NCBI GenBank assembly: GCA_021785655.1
Contig: JAJYET010000001.1
Location: forward strand, 96,256-160,255
Source of the DNA: a bacterium
GTDB taxonomy: Bacteria > Chloroflexota > Dormibacteria > Aeolococcales > Bog-877
Length of the DNA stretch: 64,000 bases
Reading direction: 5' to 3'
Positions 19,401-29,692 of this stretch are shown piece after piece. Each line of letters starts with the position of its first letter. The first letter of the stretch is position 1. The notes under the pieces were generated by a model. It searched no databases, was not told where the DNA came from, and saw only the letters and a program-made list of their open reading frames with translations. The position numbers and the translations under genes were made by a program.

Positions 19401-20053
19401 TCCCCCTCGGGGCCGGAGATCGAGAGCAGGCCGTGGTTCACGGCGTGGACCACCGCCTCGGTCCGCGACCCCACCCGGAGCTTCTCGAAGATGTTGTGCA
19501 GGTGCCCCTCCACGGTGCGGAGGCTGATGCCCAGCTCCAGTGCGACCTCCTTGTTGGCGCGGCCCTGAGCGATCAGCCGTAGCACAGCGAACTCCCGACT
19601 GCTCAGACGGTCGGAGGCTCTGGCGGGCTCGAGGCGTGACTGGGCCAGCTTGCGGGTGAGCTCAGGGGAGAGAATCGTGGATCCTGACGCCACCGCCCGG
19701 ATACCCTCCACCAACTCGCGCCCGGGCGCGGTCTTGAGCAGGTATCCAGAGGCGCCCACGGCCAGCGCCTCGCGCACGTAGTCCTCGTCCTCGTGGGCGC
19801 TCAGGATCAGCACCTTGACCGAGGGCGCCTGGGCGGCGACCTCGCGGGTGGCTTCGATGCCATTCATCCCCGGCATCCGCATGTCCATGAGGAGAACGTC
19901 GGGGTTGTGCTCCAGGGCCTGGCGGACCGCGTCGTCACCGCGGGCGGCCTCCCCCACGACCTGGATGTCCTGCTCCCGCTCCAGGATCTCCCGGGTCCCT
20001 TCCCGGACCAGGGTGTGGTCCTCGGCGATGATGACTCGAATCGGGCTGCTCAT
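19397..20053 (-). CDS. NarL/DosR-type response regulator
   Basis: IAEDH, LLMDMRMP, GYLLK, LuxR HTH LSSRE...NKEVA...TVEGHLHNIFEKL. Confidence 0.95.
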   Translation of the reverse strand: MSSPIRVIIAEDHTLVREGTREILEREQDIQVVGEAARGDDAVRQALEHNPDVLLMDMRMPGMNGIEATREVAAQAPSVKVLILSAHEDEDYVREALAVGASGYLLKTAPGRELVEGIRAVASGSTILSPELTRKLAQSRLEPARASDRLSSREFAVLRLIAQGRANKEVALELGISLRTVEGHLHNIFEKLRVGSRTEAVVHAVNHGLLSISGPEGE

Positions 20054-20135
20054 GCTCTTGGCCCTCACGATAGATGGGAGATCGGCTGACCCATCGGACG
20101 GTACCACCCGGCCGCCGGCGCGTGATTGCCCCGGC

Positions 20136-21815
20136 TCAACTCGCCGCCGGAGCCCGGCGCACGGTGGCCAAGATCAGTGTTCCTGGATGTCCCGATCCCG
20201 AGCGGACCCTCAACACCCCTCCCAGCAGGGCAGCCCGCTCCCGCATCCCGAGGAGTCCCAGCCCCTCCCGGAGCGGGCGGCCGGCCCGGACGGGGAAACC
20301 CACTCCATCGTCCCGGACCCAGAGCAGGAGCCGGCCCCGGCGCTGGCGCAGCCCGATCTCCACCCGCTCGGCCCGCCCGTGCCTCTCCACGTTGGAGAGG
20401 GCCTCCTGGGCGATTCGGAGCCAACCCTTCTCCACCTCCGGGGGCCAGCGGGCCGCACCCTCCTCCAGCACCGTCCCCACCTGCAGCCCGGAACGCTCCT
20501 GGAAGTTGCGGGCCAGCTCACCCAGTGCCGCCGAGAGGCCGCGCTCCTCCAGGACCTCGGAGCGAAGCCCCTCGGTGAGCTGACGCAGCCCATCCGCCAC
20601 GGCCACCGCCAGGTCACGGACCTCCCCCAGCTTGGCGGCGGCCACCCCGGCCACCTCCGGCTCCGCCGCCACCCGCTCCAGCCGTCGAGCCAGGTAGATC
20701 AGCGCCTGGACCGGCTCGTCGTGGAGGTCCCGGGCGATCCGGCGGCGCTCCTCCAGGACCGCCAGGTGCTGGAGGGTCTCCTGGAGCCGGACATGGTCGA
20801 TCGCCAGGGCCGCCTGGCTGGCGAAGCTGTCCACCAGGCTGAGGTCGGCGTGGCGGAACGCCGGCCGGTTCGGCGCGCCGGCGATCAGGAGGGTGCCCGC
20901 AACCTCCCGGTCCACGGTCAGCGGGAGGACCATCGCCGGGCCCACCGCGACTCCGGCGTCTCCGATCCACGCCAGTTGGCGGCTGCCGGCAGCCACCAGG
21001 CGGGGCCGGCCGGCTCGGATGACGGCGAGACTTGCGGTCCCCCTCTCGGGAAGCAGGAGGTGCTCAAGCCGGTGCCCGCGGGGCCCAGCCACAGCCGCCA
21101 CCCGGAGGCGGGTCGGGCGGTCCCGCTCGGTGAGCACCACACAGGCCAGCTCGGCGTCGCTGAGCTCCCGGGAGGCCCGGACGATGGCCCGCAGCAACCC
21201 CTCCACCGACGCCCCCTGGAGCATGGCATCAGTGGTCTGCTGCAGCGCCCTCAGCCACGTCTCCCTCTGCTCGAGAGCCCGGTAGGCACGGGCGTTGACC
21301 ACCATGGCACCGGCCAGCGCTGCCAGGGTCGAGACGGCGGCCTCGTCCTGAGCGTCGAACTCGACTCCACCAGCCTTCTCCGTGAGATAGAGGTTCCCCA
21401 GGACCGCCCCCCGTCCCCGAACCGGAACCCCGAGGAAGGTGGTCATGGGAGGGTGGCCTGCGGGGAACCCGGCGGCGCTGGGATGCTCGGAGATCCTCGC
21501 CAGGCGCAGCGGCTCCGGCCGTTCCACCAAAAGGCCCAGGATCCCGCGACCCTGCGGCGGCGGCCCGACGACCGCCACCTCCTCCGGAGTCAGGCCGTGG
21601 GGTATGAAGTCCACCAGACGGCCATCCTCGCCCAGGACGCCGAAAGCCCCGTAGCGGGCGCCGGTAACCCTGGCCGCCAGCTCCACCAGCCGCTCCAGCA
21701 CCCTCCGCGGCGAGAGGTCGGAGGCCAGCAGCACCCCGGCCTCCAGGAGCAGGGCCGAACGGTCCGGGGCCGGCGGCGCGGTCGATCTCCGGGCGATGGC
21801 GGAAGTGGTTGGCAC
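20136..21815 (-). CDS. cytoplasmic GAF-GAF histidine kinase (DosS/DosT-like)
   Basis: ARYGAFGV, GFPAGHPPMTTFLGVPVR, GNLYLTEK, ERRRIARDLHD, QEALSNVERH, DDGVGF. Confidence 0.92.
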   Translation of the reverse strand: MPTTSAIARRSTAPPAPDRSALLLEAGVLLASDLSPRRVLERLVELAARVTGARYGAFGVLGEDGRLVDFIPHGLTPEEVAVVGPPPQGRGILGLLVERPEPLRLARISEHPSAAGFPAGHPPMTTFLGVPVRGRGAVLGNLYLTEKAGGVEFDAQDEAAVSTLAALAGAMVVNARAYRALEQRETWLRALQQTTDAMLQGASVEGLLRAIVRASRELSDAELACVVLTERDRPTRLRVAAVAGPRGHRLEHLLLPERGTASLAVIRAGRPRLVAAGSRQLAWIGDAGVAVGPAMVLPLTVDREVAGTLLIAGAPNRPAFRHADLSLVDSFASQAALAIDHVRLQETLQHLAVLEERRRIARDLHDEPVQALIYLARRLERVAAEPEVAGVAAAKLGEVRDLAVAVADGLRQLTEGLRSEVLEERGLSAALGELARNFQERSGLQVGTVLEEGAARWPPEVEKGWLRIAQEALSNVERHGRAERVEIGLRQRRGRLLLWVRDDGVGFPVRAGRPLREGLGLLGMRERAALLGGVLRVRSGSGHPGTLILATVRRAPAAS

Positions 21816-21895
21816 CTTGCGTCAAGATACTCGCGTCCGAGCGCCCTGAGCGGCCTCCCGGGCGTCGTCTGCGAGGTTCCCTTTGGCGATCGAGC

Positions 21896-22771
21896 TCAGC
21901 CGGCGGCCGCAGGGAGCAGGGGAACGGGTTGTGGACTTGACTCCCGGTCCCGGGAGATCTCGGAGGCGGCCCGCAGAATCCGCTGCCCGGACCGCGAAAT
22001 CTGCCGGGCGGCGGCGGCACCGGACCCCGCCCAGCTGGCCACATAGCCGAAGCTGTAGGCGGAGCTGTCCAACCCCAGTTGCTGGCAGACAATATAGGCG
22101 ACACTCTCGGCCTCCAGTTCGGCCAGCTCCCGGCTGCCGGTGAACTCGGGGCCGTGGAGGATGGCGTGGGCCAGCTCATGGCTCAGGGTCTTCACCTTGG
22201 GGCCGGGGCTGAGGCGCTGGTCCACGCGGATCCGCCGCAGGACGTGCGAGCAGTCGCCCCGGCGCCCGGCGCGGAGCTCGCTGAACTCGACGATGAATCC
22301 CAGGCTCGGGACCAGGGCCAGGAGCCGCTCGAGGACCTGCGGGGGGGCCTCCGCGGGCATCTCCCCCACCGGCGCCGGAAGCTCCGGGCCCTCGGTCTGC
22401 GAGACGTCGAACACCCGGGCCACCCGATAGGTCACGAGCGGCAGTTCCAGATCACGGAGCCGTTCGGCCTCGGGGCCCCCGGGGCGCCGCAGGGCCACCG
22501 GGGCGATGATGGCCATCCCCCTCTCCCCGCGTCGGACCTGGCGGCCCAGCTCCTGCCAGGCCCGGTACCCGGCCACCTGGGAGGCCTCCGGGAACTGGTG
22601 GAGGATGAGGAGCTGATTGTGGAAGCTGTAGCGGTGGAAGCGGCGGCGGAACCTCAGCCACCGCTCCCACTGCCGGGAGTCAGCCAGCTGCTCGACCCCG
22701 TCGCGGAGCGCGGCGAGCACCTCGGAGCGACCCCGCAATTGGACGGCTGGAGCAGGCGAGGGGTTGGGCAC
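21896..22771 (-). CDS. ArdC-like ssDNA-binding / zincin-fold protein
   Basis: FHRYSFHNQLLI, VAGYRAWQELGRQVRRGERG, VFDVSQTEG, HELAH, ELEAESVAY. Confidence 0.88.
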   Translation of the reverse strand: MPNPSPAPAVQLRGRSEVLAALRDGVEQLADSRQWERWLRFRRRFHRYSFHNQLLILHQFPEASQVAGYRAWQELGRQVRRGERGMAIIAPVALRRPGGPEAERLRDLELPLVTYRVARVFDVSQTEGPELPAPVGEMPAEAPPQVLERLLALVPSLGFIVEFSELRAGRRGDCSHVLRRIRVDQRLSPGPKVKTLSHELAHAILHGPEFTGSRELAELEAESVAYIVCQQLGLDSSAYSFGYVASWAGSGAAAARQISRSGQRILRAASEISRDRESSPQPVPLLPAAAG

Positions 22772-22829
22772 CTCTCTTCGGTCCCGTGATGGTGGCCGGA
22801 GGGGCCGCGCCGGCTCCCTCGGACCCCTG

Positions 22830-24008
22830 TCAAGCCTCCACGGTGACGACCAGGCTGGCCCGGGCGGCCTCCAGCGCCGCTCGGACCTTGGCCGGGGACC
22901 CAGCCCGGGCGAAGACAAAGCCGAGGTAGCGGTCCCCGTCCGGGGCGGGAGCCACCAGCGAGCCGGGGGTGGCGGTGAGGTCCACCGCCTCGATCCCCGG
23001 AATGCGCAGAGCGCTCTCGCGTCCATCGATGGAGACCAGTCGGCCAGCCCGTCCGGGGGAGAGCATGAGAACCCCCGCCGGCTCCGCCTCCAGCTTCAGG
23101 TCCGGGAGCGTCATGCCCAGCGCCTGGCGCAGGATCAGCTCCTCCAGGGAGTCGCCGGAGCGAAATCGCATCACCTCCGAGCAGCGGCCACCGATCGACC
23201 GCGAGGCAAGGTCTATGAGGGTGGGCGCCCCGGCCCCCAGGCGGAACTCCGCATGTACCGGCCCCCGCCTCAGCTCGATCGCGGAGGCGGCCGCGTCCAG
23301 GACCTCCACCACCGCCTCCTGGTCCGCGGAGGGCAGCCCGCTGGGCAGTTGGTAGATCGACTCTGCGAAGTACGGACCATCGAGCGGCTCTGGCTTGTCG
23401 AAGATCGCCAGGGGCAGAAGTTCCCCGTCCTGGATCAGGGCCTCCACGGCGATCTCCGGCCCGGGCACGTAGGACTCCACCAGGAGCGTGGCCTGGCCAC
23501 CCACCAGGCGCCGCACCCGGGCCCCGGCCAGAAGGAGCTCCGCGCGGCTGTCGGCCCGGATCACCCCGAAGCTGGCGGCCCCCGACGCGGGCTTGACCAC
23601 GCAGGGGAACCCGAGGTCGGGCGCCGGGTGGTCTGGCGACCAGGCCGCCCAACGGGGCTGGGGCAGACCCGTGCCCTCCAACGCGCGCCGCAGTTGGATC
23701 TTGTCCCGCGTCGCCATGGCGGCCTCGACGGGGATCCCGGCCAGACCCAGCCGGGCGGCGATCCTGGCCGCCGGCAACACCGAGGCCTCGTCGACCCCGA
23801 CCACGGCCACCACCTCTCGAATGGCTGGCGGGAGCGGTCCCCGCCCCGCGCTGAGCAGCTCCCAGGGGATCGCCGCGGGGCCCACGGGCGGGCCGTCAGG
23901 GCTGTCGGTGGCCATGGTCACCTCCACGCCCAGCCGCTCGCAGGCTCTGAGGAACGCCGGGGCGCGGTAGGTGGAGGTGGGCATCACCAGCAGCACGCGC
24001 CCGCTCAT
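22830..24008 (-). CDS. ATP-grasp domain protein
   Basis: TRDKIQLR, FPCVVKPASGAASFGV, LVESYVPGPEIAVE, GPVHAEFR, RSIGG. Confidence 0.88.
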   Translation of the reverse strand: MSGRVLLVMPTSTYRAPAFLRACERLGVEVTMATDSPDGPPVGPAAIPWELLSAGRGPLPPAIREVVAVVGVDEASVLPAARIAARLGLAGIPVEAAMATRDKIQLRRALEGTGLPQPRWAAWSPDHPAPDLGFPCVVKPASGAASFGVIRADSRAELLLAGARVRRLVGGQATLLVESYVPGPEIAVEALIQDGELLPLAIFDKPEPLDGPYFAESIYQLPSGLPSADQEAVVEVLDAAASAIELRRGPVHAEFRLGAGAPTLIDLASRSIGGRCSEVMRFRSGDSLEELILRQALGMTLPDLKLEAEPAGVLMLSPGRAGRLVSIDGRESALRIPGIEAVDLTATPGSLVAPAPDGDRYLGFVFARAGSPAKVRAALEAARASLVVTVEA

Positions 24009-24025
24009 GGCGTCAGACTATCGCC

Positions 24026-24622
24026 ATGACCCACGAACCCGACCTGCCCCGACTGGATCTCACCGAGAGGGCGGCCCAGCGCATCCGCCAGTTCCGCGAG
24101 CGCCAGGGGCATCCCGAGGCCTGGGTGGCGATCTCCCCAGGAGGCCTGCAGGGTGACCGCCTCCAGTACTCCTTCTCCCTGGTCGAGGCTGGAGACCCGC
24201 GACCGGACGAGGTACTGGTCGCAGGCACCAGCGACATCACCTTCGTGGCTCCCCGAGTCATCTCCCGTCACGTGATCGGTGCCCGGGTGGACGCCGACCC
24301 CATTAGTGGGGCGCTGGCGCTGGAGACCGACTACGACCCCGACTCCGACCCCCTGGCGGGTGCGGTGCAGCGCTTGCTGGACGAGGAGATCAACCCCGCG
24401 GTGGCGGCCCACGGTGGGTACATAGGGCTCCTGGACATCGCGGACGGCGTCGCCTACGTGCAGATGGGAGGCGGCTGCCAGGGATGCGGCCTCGCCGAGG
24501 TCACCCTCTCCCAGGGGGTTCGCACCGCCATCCTGGAGCGTTTCTCGGAGCTCACTGACGTGGTGGACACCACCGACCACGCCCAGGGGACCAACCCCTA
24601 CTACCAGCCGTCCAAGAAGTGA
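24026..24622 (+). CDS. nfuA: Fe-S carrier NfuA-like (degenerate A-type domain + NifU-C)
   Basis: EINPAVAAHGG, MGGGCQGCG, DTTDHAQGTNPYY. Confidence 0.85.
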   Translation: MTHEPDLPRLDLTERAAQRIRQFRERQGHPEAWVAISPGGLQGDRLQYSFSLVEAGDPRPDEVLVAGTSDITFVAPRVISRHVIGARVDADPISGALALETDYDPDSDPLAGAVQRLLDEEINPAVAAHGGYIGLLDIADGVAYVQMGGGCQGCGLAEVTLSQGVRTAILERFSELTDVVDTTDHAQGTNPYYQPSKK

Positions 24623-25696
24623 TCACCCGAGCACCTCGCGATACACCTGCCGGGTCCGGGCGCCCATCCGGGAGGCGCTGAACTCGTCGGAGGCGCGGTC
24701 GAACCCGGCCCGGGAGAGCTGGGCGTAACGCTCGCGGTCATCGAGAAGGGCCGTCGTCACGGTGGCCAGTGCCGCAGGGTTCGCCGGAGCGACGCAGATC
24801 CCCGCCCGGGGCGGGTCGAGGATCTCCGGGAGCCCGCCCACCCGGGCGGCCACCACCGGGACGCCGCAGGTCATCGCCTCACAGGCGACCAGACCGAACG
24901 GCTCCTGGCGCGAGGGCACCCAGGCGACGTCGCAGCCGGCGAAGAAGGCGGCGCGGTCCTCGACCAGACCCACGAAGTCGACCCGGTCGGCCACCTTGAG
25001 ACCGGTGGCGAGGTCCAGAAGTCCCGGCAGCTCCGGCCCGAACCCTCCCACAGTGAGACGCAGCCGGCTTCCCAGAGGCGTGGCCAGCGCCGCGATCGCC
25101 AGATCCACCCCCTTGCTGGGTATGAGCGAGGAGAGTGTCGCCACCCGGCGCCCCTCGGGACCCTGGCGGGGCTCGCCCAGCAAGGGGCGGACGCCGTTGG
25201 GGATGACCCTGACCCGGGCCGCATCGACCCCCACCTCCTCCACCAGGAACCGGCGCACCGATTGCGAGACTGCGATCTCCAGGCGGGCGGCCCGGGCCAG
25301 CCGCCTCAATTCGTGAGCGTGGGCCAGCCGCCGCGCCGTGCCCCGGGTGGACCAGGAGTCGAGGTGGTGGGTGTGGACGAGTGGAACGCGAAGGTGGGCG
25401 CGGCGGACCAAGCCACCGGCCCTCAGCCCGTGGGTGTGCACCAGATCCGGGCCAACGCGGCGGAGGAGCTGGCGCAGCCTCGGCGGCCCCGAGATCGGGT
25501 CCCAGCCTCCGCGCTCCGGACCCAGGCTGGGAACGCCCGCGGCAGCGCAGCGCTGCCGCAGTGGCCCCTCCGGGCAGACGACGACGGGGCCCCACCCGCT
25601 TGCCTGCAGCTCCAGCGCCTGCAGGAGCACGTGCTCGGGGCCGCCGGACCGCGAGCTGTCCGCGATCACCAGGGCTACCCGGGGAGGGAAGGGCAT
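24623..25696 (-). CDS. GT4 glycosyltransferase
   Basis: [38 protein letters not shown]. Confidence 0.92.
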   Translation of the reverse strand: MPFPPRVALVIADSSRSGGPEHVLLQALELQASGWGPVVVCPEGPLRQRCAAAGVPSLGPERGGWDPISGPPRLRQLLRRVGPDLVHTHGLRAGGLVRRAHLRVPLVHTHHLDSWSTRGTARRLAHAHELRRLARAARLEIAVSQSVRRFLVEEVGVDAARVRVIPNGVRPLLGEPRQGPEGRRVATLSSLIPSKGVDLAIAALATPLGSRLRLTVGGFGPELPGLLDLATGLKVADRVDFVGLVEDRAAFFAGCDVAWVPSRQEPFGLVACEAMTCGVPVVAARVGGLPEILDPPRAGICVAPANPAALATVTTALLDDRERYAQLSRAGFDRASDEFSASRMGARTRQVYREVLG

Positions 25697-25746
25697 GGCG
25701 GCATTGTTCCACCCGGGCCATGCCCAGCCGATACCATCGATGGGCC

Positions 25747-27540
25747 TTGAGCCCTGATCCCGGTGCGAGCGCGCCCATCCTGGTGGCCGTGGCCTGGCCC
25801 TACGCCAGCGGGCCCCGGCACATCGGTCACGTGGCAGGCTTCGGAGTCCCCTCCGACATCTTCGCCCGCTACCAGCGGCTCCGCGGCCGCGCGGTCCTGA
25901 TGGTGAGCGGAACCGACGAGCACGGCACCCCGATCCTGGTGGCGGCCGACCGCGAGGGGGTGAGCCCCCGCGAGGTCGCCGACCGCTACAACCGGGTGAT
26001 CGCGGACGATCTGCGCCGGCTGGGCCTCTCGTACGACCTCTTCACCCGGACCACCACCCGCAACCACGAGAGGGTCGTCCAGGACGTCTTCACCACCCTC
26101 CATGAGAAGGGATACCTGATCCGGCGCACCCAGCTGGGGGCGTTCTCCCCGGCCACGGGCCGGACGTTGCCAGACCGGTACATCGAGGGCACCTGCCCCC
26201 ACTGCGGCTATCCGGCCGCCCGCGGGGACCAGTGCGACAACTGCGGTCGGATGCTGGACCCCACCGAACTCCTGAACCCCCGGTCCCGGATCGACGGATC
26301 GACCCCGGTCTTCCGGGACTCCGAGCACTTCTTCCTGGACCTCCCCGCCTTCGCCGCGGCGCTAGGGACGTGGATCGAGAGCCGCCAGGGGTGGCGCCCC
26401 AACGTGCGCGCCTTCTCCCTCAACCTCCTGGCGGAGATCCGGCCCCGGGCGGTGACCCGGGACATCGACTGGGGGGTGCCGATCCCACTTCCCGAGTTCG
26501 CCGGCCGCCCGGACAAGAGGATCTACGTCTGGTTCGACGCCGTGGTGGGGTATCTCTCCGCCAGCGTGGAGTGGGCCCACCTGGGTCGCGACCCGGAGGC
26601 CTGGCGAAGGTGGTGGCAGGATCCCGACTCCCGGCACTACTACTTCATGGGCAAGGACAACATCGTCTTCCACTCGGTCATCTGGCCCAGCATGCTGATG
26701 GGGTACGGCAGTGGCGGCACGTTCGGGGGCGGGCCGGGGCACCCCCCGCTGCAACTCCCTGAGAACGTGGTCAGCAGTGAGTTCCTGACCATGGAGGGAG
26801 CCAAGTTCTCCAGCAGCCGGGGTGTGGTCATCGAGGTGCGGGACTATCTCGAGCGCTACGACCCAGACCCGCTGCGCTACTACCTCACCGCCGCCGGTCC
26901 CGAGACCCAGGACACCGACTTCACCTGGGAGGAGTTCGTGCGGCGCAACAACGACGAGCTGGTGGCGACCTGGGGGAACCTGGTCCAGCGCACCCTGCAA
27001 CTGGCGGCCCGCCACTTCGGCGAGGTGCCGGAGCCGGGCGCCTTGGCGGAGGCGGACCGCTCGGTCCGGCAGGCGGTCACCGCCGGCTTCGGGCGGGTGG
27101 CCACGCTCCTCGAGGAGGCGCGCTTCAAGGCCGCCCTGCAGCAGGCGATGGCCCTGGCCGCTCAGGTGAACCAGTACCTGGGGGAGCAGGAGCCCTGGCG
27201 GCTGGTGAACGGGGACCGGGAGAGAGCCGCGACCGTGGTCCACGTGGCCCTGCAGTGCGTGGCCGACCTGGGGGTCATGATGGCCCCCTTTCTACCCTTC
27301 ACCTCCCAGCGGCTCCATGAGATGCTGGGAGGTGAGGGCCAGTTGGCACCGCTGCCGGAGCTCGAGGAGGTCGGCCCCGCCGAGGACCGGCACCTCGTCC
27401 TGCGCACCGACCTCACGATGTCCGTGCCCCGCTGGAGCCCGGTCGACCTGCCCCCCGGGAGACCGATCGGGGCACCCCTGCCCCTCTTCCGCAAGCTGGA
27501 CCCAGCCGTGGCCGCCGCCGAGGTGGAGCGGCTCCGGTAG
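25747..27540 (+). CDS. metG: methionine-tRNA ligase
   Basis: [26 protein letters not shown] knuckle, [21 protein letters not shown]; start estimated. Confidence 0.96.
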   Translation: MSPDPGASAPILVAVAWPYASGPRHIGHVAGFGVPSDIFARYQRLRGRAVLMVSGTDEHGTPILVAADREGVSPREVADRYNRVIADDLRRLGLSYDLFTRTTTRNHERVVQDVFTTLHEKGYLIRRTQLGAFSPATGRTLPDRYIEGTCPHCGYPAARGDQCDNCGRMLDPTELLNPRSRIDGSTPVFRDSEHFFLDLPAFAAALGTWIESRQGWRPNVRAFSLNLLAEIRPRAVTRDIDWGVPIPLPEFAGRPDKRIYVWFDAVVGYLSASVEWAHLGRDPEAWRRWWQDPDSRHYYFMGKDNIVFHSVIWPSMLMGYGSGGTFGGGPGHPPLQLPENVVSSEFLTMEGAKFSSSRGVVIEVRDYLERYDPDPLRYYLTAAGPETQDTDFTWEEFVRRNNDELVATWGNLVQRTLQLAARHFGEVPEPGALAEADRSVRQAVTAGFGRVATLLEEARFKAALQQAMALAAQVNQYLGEQEPWRLVNGDRERAATVVHVALQCVADLGVMMAPFLPFTSQRLHEMLGGEGQLAPLPELEEVGPAEDRHLVLRTDLTMSVPRWSPVDLPPGRPIGAPLPLFRKLDPAVAAAEVERLR

Positions 27541-27585
27541 GCAGGGCCGCCCTTTGGCTTCGTTCCAGGGCTCGGGAGTGGCACG

Positions 27586-28311
27586 GTGAGCCTCGGTGCG
27601 GTCACCCTGCCCCTGGCGGTGGCCGCCGGGGCTGCCTCCTTCCTATCTCCCTGCGTCCTCCCGCTGGTCCCCGCCTACCTGGCGTTGCTGTCGCGGGCCG
27701 CCGGGGGACAGGGCGACCTGGCGGCGGTCAGGTGGCGGGTGCTTCGAGGTGCGGTCGGATTCGCCATCGGCCTGGGTCTCTTCTGCCTCGCCTTCTTCTA
27801 TGCCCTGGAGCGGCTGCTGGCCCCCTGGAAAGGAGTCCTGGCACCCATGCTGGGCCTCGCGGTGGTGATCCTGGGCCTCACCCTCATGGGGGTGCTGCGG
27901 CTCCCCTGGCTGCGGCGAGAGGCTCGCTGGCTGCCGCACGGGAGGGGCGGTTTCGCCGGGGGTGTCCTGCTGGGGGCGGGGCTGGGGGCGGGGTGGTCGC
28001 CCTGCATCGGCCCGGTCCTGGGTGCGGTGCTCACCTCGGGACTGGAGCAGGGGACGACCGCCCGGGGGATGACCCTCATGGTGGCGTACGTGGTGGGGTT
28101 GGCCCTCCCGTTCTTGCTGGCGGCCCTGCTGATGGACCGGGCCACCCCGCTCCTGCGCGCCCTGGGGCGCCACCAGCGGGCGGTGTCGCTGGTCGGGGGA
28201 GGGCTGGTCATGTTGATGGGGATTCTGGTGATCGCCGGCCGATTCACCATCTTCAACGACTTCCTCTCCGCCCACCTCCCCGCCTTCTTCCAGGACCCCT
28301 TCCACCTGTGA
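27586..28311 (+). CDS. ccdA: cytochrome c biogenesis / thiol-disulfide membrane protein CcdA
   Basis: SFLSPCVLPLVPAYL and WSPCIGPVLG; 6 TM. Confidence 0.92.
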   Translation: MSLGAVTLPLAVAAGAASFLSPCVLPLVPAYLALLSRAAGGQGDLAAVRWRVLRGAVGFAIGLGLFCLAFFYALERLLAPWKGVLAPMLGLAVVILGLTLMGVLRLPWLRREARWLPHGRGGFAGGVLLGAGLGAGWSPCIGPVLGAVLTSGLEQGTTARGMTLMVAYVVGLALPFLLAALLMDRATPLLRALGRHQRAVSLVGGGLVMLMGILVIAGRFTIFNDFLSAHLPAFFQDPFHL

Positions 28312-28342
28312 GCGGGGCCCGGCGCGGCGAGGAGCCCTCCTG

Positions 28343-29671
28343 ATGTCTCGACGGCACCCCGCTGAGTTGGACGCCTATGACGTCCTGGGAGCCCAGCCCA
28401 CCGACAGCTGGACCGAGTTGCGGCGACATTACCGGGCCCGGGCCAGGGAGCTCCATCCGGACGTCCAGGCCCAGCGGCACGAGGCGACCAGGCTGGAGGA
28501 GGAGCGGGCCACCCGCCTCTTCACCCGGCTGCAAGCGGCATGGGCCCTGGTCGACACCCCCGAGCGACGCGCCGCCTACGACCTCCGGCGGCGGCCCGCG
28601 CCCCCCAAGCGGCCGCTTCGGGCCCCCTCCTGGCCCTTCGGCCCGGTGGCCGGAGTGCTGCTCCGGGCCGGCCCCGGGGACCTGCACATAGCCGTCCCCG
28701 GAGGGGGGTGGGACCTCAGCCTGGCCAAGTTCGCGGCCCAGGTCGAGATCGGAGCCGCGCCGGCCCTGCTGATCGGCGACCTCCCGCCGCACCGGGAGGT
28801 CCGGGAGGCGCTCCTGGGTCTCCCGTTCATCGAGCGGGGCCGGCTGGCGGCGATGGTGGGTCTTGAGGTGCCCTTCGAGGAGCGGGCGGAGTCGGGGAAG
28901 GGCGGGGACGACGAGGGAGCGTGGAAGCTCGACCAGGTGCGGCGGTGCCTGGGCGCCTGGGCCGCGGCGGGGATGGGCGGCGCCGGCGAGGTGCCGTACC
29001 GGCGGGAGCTGCTTCTCATGGGTCGTCTCTCCCTCCGTGGCTTCGAGCTCAACCTCCCACACCCGGCGGGCCTCACCCAGGTCCAGGAGGCCCGCCCGCG
29101 CGACCGGGCCGAGGCCGCCGCCCGTCGAGGCTCGCGCCTGCTGCAGCTTCTCGTTCCCCCTCCATCTCTGATTCTGGCCGCGGCCTTCAGCGATGACCTG
29201 GAACTTCGGCAGGCGCTGGCGTCCGGCTGGTTCGACCCCCACCGGCCGGGAGGCGCCTCCCCTGCCCTCTTGCGGTTCCTCTCCGGGCGCCGTCCCCGCG
29301 CCGACCACCACGAGCCCCTCTGGGGCTCGACCCTGGACTCGGTGGGGCCGGGCGCCGCCGGCCCGGCGGAGCTGGGGCGCTTTTCTGTGGCCTTTGAGTG
29401 GCTGGTCGCCGGGACGGTCCCCGATCGGCTTCCCTGGGGCGATGCCGGTGCGGAGTGCGGGCGCGACCGACGGCTGGGCGACCACGCGGCTCGGCTGATG
29501 GCCCTGGTGATCGCCGCCCTGGAGGGGGGGCCCGGACAGCTGGTTTCCCTCAAGGGCAACCTGGTGACCCTCCGCGTCAGCGACCCCGGAGACGGGCCCC
29601 TGGCAGTGGCCGCGGCCGAGCAGGCTCTGGAGCGCGCGGTGGGCTTCGGGGTGGCTGTCGGGCTGCGATAG
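28343..29671 (+). CDS. J-domain protein with C-terminal degenerate PolA-like domain
   Basis: YDVLG...YRARARELHPD...FTRLQAAW...RRAAYD; C-terminus aligns by eye with family A polymerase motifs (see findings). Confidence 0.8.
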   Translation: MSRRHPAELDAYDVLGAQPTDSWTELRRHYRARARELHPDVQAQRHEATRLEEERATRLFTRLQAAWALVDTPERRAAYDLRRRPAPPKRPLRAPSWPFGPVAGVLLRAGPGDLHIAVPGGGWDLSLAKFAAQVEIGAAPALLIGDLPPHREVREALLGLPFIERGRLAAMVGLEVPFEERAESGKGGDDEGAWKLDQVRRCLGAWAAAGMGGAGEVPYRRELLLMGRLSLRGFELNLPHPAGLTQVQEARPRDRAEAAARRGSRLLQLLVPPPSLILAAAFSDDLELRQALASGWFDPHRPGGASPALLRFLSGRRPRADHHEPLWGSTLDSVGPGAAGPAELGRFSVAFEWLVAGTVPDRLPWGDAGAECGRDRRLGDHAARLMALVIAALEGGPGQLVSLKGNLVTLRVSDPGDGPLAVAAAEQALERAVGFGVAVGLR

Positions 29672-29692
29672 CCGCTCACCGTCACCTCACCT

